Part shown: piece after piece, positions 8,470-16,029 of the stretch | Numbering within the stretch: position 1 is the first letter of the stretch | Layout: each line of letters begins with the position of its first letter | From: an uncultured Desulfobulbaceae bacterium | Lineage (GTDB): Bacteria; Desulfobacterota; Desulfobulbia; Desulfobulbales; Desulfobulbaceae | Length of the DNA: 38,940 nt | Assembly (NCBI GenBank): GCA_964423765.1 | Contig: CAYRGM010000001.1 | Location: 1-38,940, forward strand | Direction: 5' to 3' | Program-made: the position numbers and the translations under genes | Notes under the pieces: generated by a model | Databases searched by the model: none | What the model was told of the DNA's origin: nothing | What the model saw: only the letters and a program-made list of their open reading frames with translations

Positions 8470-9276
8470 CTACTGCCATCCTGAAGAGATGATTTCTTTT
8501 TCTTTCTCCAGAGAAAAAGGGGGAGCAGCCATAAGCTCAGAGGTGATTTTTCCAGCAAGATCATCCGCCCCGGCCGGAACAAAGCCTTTTTCTTCTGATG
8601 CAGGGAAAAGAGTGGGAGGAGATGGGGTTAGAATTGCTTTGGTAATCCATTCTCCTGATTCTGCACGGCAGGCTATGCCAATTGCCGGTGCCATAGTTTC
8701 TTGATCTTTGCCGATGACTTCGTATTGTCGGCAGTAGTAGCCGCTTATGCTGATAAAAGTGATGATTGGCGTTATGACTAAGTTCTGGTTGTCAATATAA
8801 AAGGATGAGCCGCTGACGGAATATTCAAGTCCCTTGCTGAGTTCCGTGCTGACCATGAACGGCGAAAAAGTGGCTTGCTTGTCTTCTGAAACGATCAGAC
8901 CAGCACCAAACCATCCGCTGCCAATTCCTATGGACAGGGTTAGGAAAAATACCAGGGCATGGACAGGTTGCCAGGCAGAGGTATGGAACAAAAAACGAAT
9001 TTTTTCTATTAATAAGAAACCGCTCTTGTTTGTTTTTTCCTTTTTAGGATTGCCATGGTATTTTAATATCCCGTTAACAAGTCGTTCCGGTACTTCTTGA
9101 TGGGCAGGCAGGTCATAGGTAGTTTTAAGTAATTGGCTACTTTTTTTAAAAAGGTGTACCTTGTTTTGAAGCGTTGGCTTGTCATGAATGATTTTTTTGA
9201 TTTTTTCAGTTTCCTGCCTGTTTAGTTCTCCATCAACAAAGGCCATGAGTTGTTCATCAGTTAATTCTTGCATCAT
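8470..9276 (-). CDS. Anti-sigma factor, single-pass membrane protein
   Basis: The N-terminus MMQELTDEQLMAFVDGELN is typical of zf-HC2/RskA-type anti-sigma factors. There is a central TM helix, and the gene lies downstream of an ECF sigma gene. I prefer the ATG at 9276 with AAGGTGA upstream. The ORF track start is a TTG at 9330. Confidence 0.7.
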   Translation of the reverse strand: MMQELTDEQLMAFVDGELNRQETEKIKKIIHDKPTLQNKVHLFKKSSQLLKTTYDLPAHQEVPERLVNGILKYHGNPKKEKTNKSGFLLIEKIRFLFHTSAWQPVHALVFFLTLSIGIGSGWFGAGLIVSEDKQATFSPFMVSTELSKGLEYSVSGSSFYIDNQNLVITPIITFISISGYYCRQYEVIGKDQETMAPAIGIACRAESGEWITKAILTPSPPTLFPASEEKGFVPAGADDLAGKITSELMAAPPFSLEKEKEIISSGWQ

Positions 9277-9386
9277 TATCACCTTTTCTTTTTTTAGCCA
9301 GCATGGCTGGAGCAGATTTACCGACCACAAAACCTGTTCAAGGTAACCGCTGTGGTATGGGCAGCTCGTTAGCAGCCAGGTTTACC

Positions 9387-9938
9387 TTACTTCTTTTTTC
9401 CATGGACTAAAGTGTACAGACTAGTTCTGGCTCGTGCCAGACGACTCATTACTGTTCCCACCGGTACATCAAGAATCTCTGCCGTTTCTTTGTAAGATCT
9501 GCCATCAACACAGACTAGGGCAAGGAGTGTCCTGTCATTTTCAGACATGCTTAACATGACCTGCATGGTTTGCTTGAGCAGCAGGCGGTTTTCATTTTCA
9601 TCGCTGTGGTTACTGCCTGCCAGGGAATCATACTCTTCATTAAATGAGCTCTCTGCTCTGGAAGCACTGGATGACCTTGCCATATCAATACGAATTCTAT
9701 GAATAATTTTAAACATCCAGCTATCTAACCAGGTATCGTGTTGAAAGAGTTTCTGTTTAGCTAAAGCTCTTTCACAGGCGCTCTGAACAAGGTCATCAGC
9801 ATCGTCTCTGTTTCCTGTCAATGTGTAGGCGAACCTTCTTAGCCGGGGAAGAAGTTCAATTAATTTTTGTTTAAATATATCATCGCCATAGCCTCCTGTC
9901 TGGATGGAGAAGAGTATGATTCTGCACAGAAATGTCAT
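9387..9938 (-). CDS. ECF-type RNA polymerase sigma-70 family factor
   Basis: Region 2 reads RRFAYTLTGNRDDADDLVQSACERAL and region 4 reads SYKETAEILDVPVGTVMSRLARAR. Confidence 0.9.
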   Translation of the reverse strand: MTFLCRIILFSIQTGGYGDDIFKQKLIELLPRLRRFAYTLTGNRDDADDLVQSACERALAKQKLFQHDTWLDSWMFKIIHRIRIDMARSSSASRAESSFNEEYDSLAGSNHSDENENRLLLKQTMQVMLSMSENDRTLLALVCVDGRSYKETAEILDVPVGTVMSRLARARTSLYTLVHGKKK

Positions 9939-9995
9939 TATATTAAAATGTTTCTCTTTTTTGTTTTTGTAATTTGATTAAACCGTTAATTAAGA

Positions 9996-10156
9996 CCTGA
10001 GTTGAGCGATTTTCTAACTTGATCTGCACCGATCTTTTGCACGCCAAGGCTTTCCGAAAATTCTCAACAGACCAACGGGTATGCCTGCGGTTTTCGGAAA
10101 TCCTTGGCACACAAGATATCAGCACATATCTGTGTCATAAAATCGCTCAATTCAGG
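9996..10156 (+). mobile_element. MITE-A copy 3 (161 bp)
   Basis: Same TIRs as copies 1 and 2. Perfect 5 bp TSD TAAGA (9991-9995 and 10157-10161). Lies between the S8 peptidase stop and the ECF sigma start. Confidence 0.85.
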
Positions 10157-10169
10157 TAAGAGATAGAGT

Positions 10170-11669
10170 TTATTGCCATCGTACCAGCCCCCAGCCATAA
10201 GTAGAGTCTTTGCCGGGGGAACCAAGGTCCAGGGCCTGCTGGCTAAATATTAACTGTAAATGTTCATGTCCTGGTCTCACTCCGGGATCTTGAAGTTTCC
10301 TGGCAGCCATGGCCGTGAAATAAGCGGCGGCAAATGATGTTCCACTGCTAAATTGTCCTTTTGGGTATAACCCTGGTACCCATATTCCCACCCCGGGAGC
10401 GGCAAAGTTGATATATCCGCCCCGGTTAGCCTGCCGATAAGGTCGCAGAAACCTGTCCACAGCAGTTATAGCAAGCACTCCTTTGGTGGCCGCCGGGTAG
10501 GCTCGTTGTCCATTTGGGCCATCGTTTCCGGCGGCAGCAACTATAACTGTGTTTTGCTTTAATGCCTGTTTTATGATGCGTTCGAGGATAATATTGTTTG
10601 GTCCGCTCAGACTCATGTTAATCACGGAAATGTCTTTGCTCTGCAGCCAGTTAAGTGCTTCTCCAATGGCCTCGGCTGTTGCTATGACCTGTCCGTCTGA
10701 ATTGATATGAAAAACAGAGGCCGCATACAGTTTTGTAGCAGGTAGCAGCCCCGGAAAATCACTATCAGGTTTTCCGACAAGCAGGGAAGCCACAGCTGTT
10801 CCATGTTCCTGGTTTGCCTGCTTGTTGTTGCGGACAAAAGAGTGGGTGGTAATTTGTTTTTCAGGCAGAAAGGAGGCTCTGGTATTAACCGGAGTGTCGA
10901 TCATGCCGATTCTGATGCCCTTGCCCAGTTCTTTATCTGTTGTCCAGTTGATCTTATCTAAGGGAAAGTGGCGAATATCTTTCCCTTGTTGTTTGGTATC
11001 GGCAAGCCTGTAATAATGATTTGCTGAAAACAGGGCTTCGCTGTCAGTTTTTTTTAATCTTTTTAAAGTTTCATGGACGCTCCATCCGGATTTGATCCGA
11101 AAACGGGTCAGGGTAAGATTAAGTTCAGGCAAACTGACTGCTCTTTCATGCTGCAATCTGGAGCCACGCAGAGCCTCTCTGAAACCGGCATCGTCAATGT
11201 TTAAGGCAAGAATGATATCCGGCTCATAGTGATTATCATTGTCTGAAGGTAGAACCGCCACAATGGCAGGGGGAATGCCTATAATTTTCTGAGAATCATA
11301 CCCGAGATTTTCTTTGTAATCATAGTCCTCGTAATCATCGTCTTCGTTATCATCGTCTTCATCATCATTATCTCCATTATCTCCATTATCATCGTCTTCA
11401 TCATCATCATCATCTCCGGTATCATTGTCGTTGGCAAATGCAGATGAAACAGTAAAGAAAGGGAGTGAACCATGTTCAGAGTTTGCTAAAAAATTGATAT
11501 AAGACTTGGGAGAAGGTTCAAACACAAGCATGAATAAAAGCAAAAAACACAGAAAAACTGGAATTGTTTTTTTATGGCACAACAGAATAATTTGTTTTGC
11601 CAATAAACATAATTCAGATGGCAAACAACGATATATGTTTTTAAGATTGGTTATGTGTTGATTAAGCAT
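10170..11669 (-). CDS. S8 (subtilisin-family) serine peptidase with an N-terminal hydrophobic segment and a 39-residue D/E/N-rich tract
   Basis: Catalytic triad contexts GMIDTPV (Asp), HGTAVASLL (His) and SGTSFAAAYF (Ser). Acidic tract NDNDTGDDDDDEDDDNGDNGDNDDEDDDNEDDDYEDYDY. Confidence 0.88.
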   Translation of the reverse strand: MLNQHITNLKNIYRCLPSELCLLAKQIILLCHKKTIPVFLCFLLLFMLVFEPSPKSYINFLANSEHGSLPFFTVSSAFANDNDTGDDDDDEDDDNGDNGDNDDEDDDNEDDDYEDYDYKENLGYDSQKIIGIPPAIVAVLPSDNDNHYEPDIILALNIDDAGFREALRGSRLQHERAVSLPELNLTLTRFRIKSGWSVHETLKRLKKTDSEALFSANHYYRLADTKQQGKDIRHFPLDKINWTTDKELGKGIRIGMIDTPVNTRASFLPEKQITTHSFVRNNKQANQEHGTAVASLLVGKPDSDFPGLLPATKLYAASVFHINSDGQVIATAEAIGEALNWLQSKDISVINMSLSGPNNIILERIIKQALKQNTVIVAAAGNDGPNGQRAYPAATKGVLAITAVDRFLRPYRQANRGGYINFAAPGVGIWVPGLYPKGQFSSGTSFAAAYFTAMAARKLQDPGVRPGHEHLQLIFSQQALDLGSPGKDSTYGWGLVRWQ

Positions 11670-11677
11670 GGCTATAT

Positions 11678-12565
11678 TTATGCTGCATTGTGTATGGATA
11701 TCGATCTGGTATTGGAATGAGTATCACCAAGAAGAAAATCAAAGACTATGGCACCCATATCCCCGTTGTTTATACAGTTCAGAAAAGAATGGTTACTGTC
11801 TTTAAGAAGATGAAATTTGTATTGAGTACGGAGATCATAGCTATGACAACATTTTTGCATGGCTTTTACCCAGGCGATACCCCGCTCAATTCTGTTTTGT
11901 CCCTGTTGCTGGTCAATGTTTTTCTCTTTTCGGAGCAGACGATCTCGTAACTTGTCCTTTTCACCGACGATAACGCATACAGGAATGGTCAGAAAACTAT
12001 TCGGTTCCATGGATATTTCCTTCATTTTAGCTGTTTTAGCGATCCCATAAGGATATTTTTTATCCATATCCGGAAAAGTATACCATCCTGAAGCTGCGAT
12101 AACCATTCTTTTGACCCGTGCCGGTCGGGTTATGGCATAGCGATGGACAAACTGTCCACCGCCTGAATAACCAAACATGTAAGTTTCTTCGGTGTTGATA
12201 CCTGTTAACAGAGAAATCTCATCAAGGATTGTTTCAAGAGTCAGGTCAGCTCGTCGTCCTTTGCCGTTGATGCCCAGCCGTTGGTAATCAGGGAAACGCT
12301 TTTTAGTAAAAAGAGGAGCGACAATCGCAATCCCATACCGGTCGGCAAACGGGATAAAGGCCTCTATCTGCTCCCTGGCCATCCGGTTTATACCATGAAT
12401 TGTAACAAATATGGAGCTGGTTTTGCAAGTTGTGGCGGGAATGTAAAGGTAATATATCTGTTTGGGATCACTGATCATGGTCATGAGCATGGGGACCCCT
12501 ATTTGAAGCTGCTTTTCCTGTAAAGCCTTGTGGATTGTCATGGGATTATCTGTTGGTCTGTACAT
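11678..12565 (-). CDS. Alpha/beta hydrolase (esterase / PHB-depolymerase-like), no obvious signal peptide
   Basis: Nucleophile elbow GYSGGG, and the overall pattern fits the esterase/PHB-depolymerase family. The specific substrate is unknown. Confidence 0.7.
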   Translation of the reverse strand: MYRPTDNPMTIHKALQEKQLQIGVPMLMTMISDPKQIYYLYIPATTCKTSSIFVTIHGINRMAREQIEAFIPFADRYGIAIVAPLFTKKRFPDYQRLGINGKGRRADLTLETILDEISLLTGINTEETYMFGYSGGGQFVHRYAITRPARVKRMVIAASGWYTFPDMDKKYPYGIAKTAKMKEISMEPNSFLTIPVCVIVGEKDKLRDRLLRKEKNIDQQQGQNRIERGIAWVKAMQKCCHSYDLRTQYKFHLLKDSNHSFLNCINNGDMGAIVFDFLLGDTHSNTRSISIHNAA

Positions 12566-12623
12566 ATCGTTGTCCTGTTATTTTTAGTTTATGGTTTTCA
12601 TCACGCTATTTACTGGCGTACGC

Positions 12624-14282
12624 TTATGTTTGCTGAAGGTTGCCTGCTGTCTGCACAAGAGTTCCGTTTTCTATCAGCCAGGCTTCACCGTCTCCAAAAG
12701 CAGGCAGGTTGTTATTGTGGGTGACCCATAATATGGTTCCTTTGAATTCATTGATTATCTTTGTGAAAATAGAGCTTGCTTCGTCATCAAGATGAACATC
12801 AGCCTCGTCAAGCAGAATGACCTGCGGCTTGCCAAGGATAGCTCTGGCCAGGCTGATTTTTTGCCGTTGACCAAAAGATAAATTATTGCCTTCTTCACTG
12901 ATCCGTGTATCAATTCCCTGGGGAAGAGTTTTAATGATTTCCTGAATACCACATAGCTCCCATACTTGTTCCATTTCTTCTGGAGAAGCCTTCGGACATC
13001 GGTAGAGAAGATTTTTTTTCAGAGTGCCGCGCAGAAGAGGCAGGTCAGGGCTTACCATGCTGATTGCCTGGCGAACAGACTCCTGATTATGTTTGAAGAT
13101 ATCTTGCCCATCAAGGAGGATTTTGCCATCATCCGGTTCGATCAATCCTGAGATCATGAAAAACAATGTGGATTTTCCAGTACCGTTGCCTCCTTTGACC
13201 ATGATCTTGCTCCCCGATTTTGCAGTTGCACTTATATCGTGCAGCAATCCTTCTAATTTAAGCCCTTTTAGTTCTATATAGCCTTGACCTGGTTTGAGAT
13301 CAGGCAGAGATATCTTTGACGCTCGTTGCCGGGGGATATTGATGAACTCTTCAATTTTTTCAACCGATATTCTTGAATCTTGCCAGAACTCAAAAATACG
13401 GCTTAGATCCCGCAGAGCCGGGGTCAACATGCCAACGATGGTCATAGCCGCAACCACTGTGCCCGGTGTTGTCCGACCAAGTCCAATTTCGTAGGCTCCG
13501 GTGAGCAGGACAGCTGCACCGGCAAGTGCTGTGATTGTCAGCGTAGCACCCCGAATCAGTCCTATTTTTTCAGCTCTTTTGATTTGGGCGGTTACCAGTT
13601 TTCCGCTTTGCCGCCTGACCCGGGTGGTTTCACGATGGGTTTGCCCAAAAACTTGTACCACTGCCATGTTTGAAATTTTTTCACTTATATTGGTGGCGAG
13701 ATAGGCTCTTCTTTTCCGGCTCTCCCTTGCTGTGTCCCGAAGCGGTTTTCCAAGGCTCAAGCAATAAACCGTGCCTGCGCCGAGAACAATCCCCGCGGCA
13801 AGAGCCAGACGCCAGTTCATGAATCCAAGGGCAGTCAGAGAAACAAAGGTTGATATACCGGCAACTAACATTCTGACCAGACCCAGACTAATCCAGCGTT
13901 TCAGGGCGTTAAGGTCACCAATAAATCTCAGAAAAACTCCTCCACGGCTGCGTTGTTGGAGGGTTCTTAAACCTAAACGGCTCATGTGGCGAAAAAGTAT
14001 CATTCTGATACGATGGATATAATTCTGCCCTACTTTTTCTGCATCAACTCTTTCCCGTGCCAGCAGCCAGCCTAATACTATAGCACAACAGCAGAGACCC
14101 GCACCGATTTGAAGTACCAGAACACGGTCAAATGCTCCGTCACTGACAATGAGTCTGTCAAATCCTGTTCGGATAATCAGGACAGTGATAATTGTGACAA
14201 AAGCCTGGGTAAAACCATTATAGGCCAGATGAATAAAAATAGGGGTCGTCTTTTTGTTAAATAATGAAGGTAGTTTGCGCAT
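12624..14282 (-). CDS. ABC exporter, fused permease and ATPase (type I exporter fold)
   Basis: N-terminal six-helix TMD. Walker A GGNGTGKST, signature LSFGQRQK, Walker B VILLDEAD. Confidence 0.9.
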   Translation of the reverse strand: MRKLPSLFNKKTTPIFIHLAYNGFTQAFVTIITVLIIRTGFDRLIVSDGAFDRVLVLQIGAGLCCCAIVLGWLLARERVDAEKVGQNYIHRIRMILFRHMSRLGLRTLQQRSRGGVFLRFIGDLNALKRWISLGLVRMLVAGISTFVSLTALGFMNWRLALAAGIVLGAGTVYCLSLGKPLRDTARESRKRRAYLATNISEKISNMAVVQVFGQTHRETTRVRRQSGKLVTAQIKRAEKIGLIRGATLTITALAGAAVLLTGAYEIGLGRTTPGTVVAAMTIVGMLTPALRDLSRIFEFWQDSRISVEKIEEFINIPRQRASKISLPDLKPGQGYIELKGLKLEGLLHDISATAKSGSKIMVKGGNGTGKSTLFFMISGLIEPDDGKILLDGQDIFKHNQESVRQAISMVSPDLPLLRGTLKKNLLYRCPKASPEEMEQVWELCGIQEIIKTLPQGIDTRISEEGNNLSFGQRQKISLARAILGKPQVILLDEADVHLDDEASSIFTKIINEFKGTILWVTHNNNLPAFGDGEAWLIENGTLVQTAGNLQQT

Positions 14283-14391
14283 GTCTTATCCTTCCTGCCC
14301 TGTAAGCTGCGGATTGCAGTTAGTAGCTTTATCTCTTGAATCCGTGATCGTTCGATGGTGCTGTAGTCAGTTGGTCAAGTAAAAGTGGACA

Positions 14392-15504
14392 TTATGCTAC
14401 GGTTGCAAGAAGTGCTGGGGTGACAATACCTAATTCCCGTATGGCATCCGGAAACCATTGTTTTAAATAGTTGATCACCGTAGGTTTGCGTAATACGCTT
14501 GGTCCCAGGACGGGAAGATTTATTATATGTTCCACTTCCCTGCTGGCTAATGGTGCTGCGGTCAGGACCCCGGAAACGGCGAGAAGTGGGATCTTCGATT
14601 TGCTTTGTATCCATTCCACGCCTGCTGTTGCCCCCAGGGCTTCTCCAGCGGCAAATATTAGACCATCCACTTTTTCATAAAGAAGACTGGATGTGAGTAA
14701 TTTTGCAGTTTCTTGTTGATATAGTCCATCTGCGATTTCGAGAATCATTACCTCAACCCCGGCTTCGGTAAGCTCGTCGGTCAGGATGGTAACTATTTCT
14801 TTAATCTTATCAAACGGGATGCGGTAAGTGGATGGATGTCCGGCATCAATAAAGTCAAGAACCGAACTTGCTCCTGAGTCGGCAAAAAGCCAAGGGTCTC
14901 CGCCGGCACCGGTTCCGGTGAGTTTGGCAGCCCCCACTTTTAAACCATAGGCTGAGAGTCCTTTTATGAGACAGGCGGCGGTGGTTGTTTTACCTGAGTT
15001 CATACTTGTACCGGCTACGGCTATTGTTAAAGGTCGCTTTTTTCCTGTTGGTTTTTTTTGTAGGGCAAATTGGCTCAGATTCATAATCTTATCAGTTGCA
15101 TCAATAAGCAGCCCCAGAGGCTCTATCATGGTGGGTGATTGTATATTTGTACTTTTACTGCGAAGTCGGGAAGCAATGCCACCAGCCGCCACAAGATGAC
15201 ATAAGGCAAGACTGGTGGGTACTGTACCCTCGTATTGATCAGGGGCATAGCGGTTGCCGTAAGCTACTATAATCTCGTCACCGGGGAAGATATGAGCTCG
15301 GCGACCGCTGGCCAGCTGCAACCTGGTCTGCCGACCTATTTCTATGACCTTTGCCAAAACGAGATCACCGGATTTTGGGATTGCTTTTAGCTGTAGAGAT
15401 CGACAATGAGCGAAATTAATCCGGCGGGTTGAATAAGCGGCTTTTGCTCTCCGGATACGATCTTGAATGCTTGTTGTTTCTGTTAAGATTTTGTTCATTT
15501 TCAT
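14392..15504 (-). CDS. Uncharacterised P-loop NTPase (BioD/CobQ/DUF1611-like Walker A) with a distinct N-terminal domain
   Basis: Walker A AGTSMNSGKTTTAACLIKGL followed by KLTGTGAGGD. I prefer the ATG at 15504 (MKMNKIL) with GGAGAG 6 nt upstream. The ORF track start is a TTG at 15546. The family assignment is a guess. Confidence 0.6.
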   Translation of the reverse strand: MKMNKILTETTSIQDRIRRAKAAYSTRRINFAHCRSLQLKAIPKSGDLVLAKVIEIGRQTRLQLASGRRAHIFPGDEIIVAYGNRYAPDQYEGTVPTSLALCHLVAAGGIASRLRSKSTNIQSPTMIEPLGLLIDATDKIMNLSQFALQKKPTGKKRPLTIAVAGTSMNSGKTTTAACLIKGLSAYGLKVGAAKLTGTGAGGDPWLFADSGASSVLDFIDAGHPSTYRIPFDKIKEIVTILTDELTEAGVEVMILEIADGLYQQETAKLLTSSLLYEKVDGLIFAAGEALGATAGVEWIQSKSKIPLLAVSGVLTAAPLASREVEHIINLPVLGPSVLRKPTVINYLKQWFPDAIRELGIVTPALLATVA

Positions 15505-15724
15505 TGTCTGCTCTCCGTTAGGTTTTTGTAGTGTTGGTCGTAACAATTACGATCTTTACCTATGACAACGAGTGAGACAGAATTTTATTCCATTTTTTAT
15601 TTAAAAATATAAAATAATCTGTTGATGTGATGATTGGTAAAGCTTTATTGATGAATACAACTGATTGATATTGCTTGGAGTTTTACTGGGGGGAGCCGTG
15701 GGAGGGAAGGATTACTGATGTGGA

Positions 15725-15823
15725 TAAGTATTCTGGCTGGCAAAATAAAAATCATTATCAAGGACTGTAAATGTTCGGGTAATTCTTTCCCTCGTTCCCA
15801 CGCTCCTGCGTGGGAACGAGAGG
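15725..15823 (+). repeat. MITE-X-family remnant (..AAAAATCATTATCAAGGACTGTAAATGTTCGGGTA..) ending in a REP-like hairpin
   Basis: Its left part aligns with 28001-28060 and 26969-27045. The hairpin is CTCGTTCCCACGC-TCCT-GCGTGGGAACGAG (15791-15820), a 13 bp stem. Confidence 0.5.
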
Positions 15824-15898
15824 CAAAAAATAAAAATCGGTATTCATTCGTGATTCAAGATTAATACGAAACTTTAATTTTCCGATACATAAATATAA

Positions 15899-15966
15899 CC
15901 TGAATGGAGCGATTTTATGACGAAGATATGTGCTGATATCTTCGTCATAAAATCGCTCCATTCAGG
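15899..15966. repeat. 68 bp perfect palindrome derived from the MITE-A right arm
   Basis: CCTGAATGGAGCGATTTTATGACGAAGATAT-GTGCTG-ATATCTTCGTCATAAAATCGCTCCATTCAGG. The 31 nt arms are perfectly complementary around a 6 nt loop. There is no TSD. Confidence 0.8.
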
Positions 15967-16029
15967 TTACAGACAACTCTTAAGTGTTAAATTGGGATAT
16001 AGATTTGTAGTAAATAACTTACTGTAGGG

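Noticed and set aside
8417-8704. 95 aa plus-strand ORF overlapping the 3' end of the anti-sigma gene
   Set aside because: It is antisense to the anti-sigma C-terminal domain, has a non-canonical start context, and has no motifs.
11279-11473. 64 aa minus-strand ORF (MVHSLSLLFHLHLPTTMIPEMMMMMK...) overlapping the acidic tract of the S8 gene
   Set aside because: It is an alternative frame of repetitive GAT/GAA DNA inside a well-supported CDS. The low-complexity M/T/I-rich translation is an artefact.
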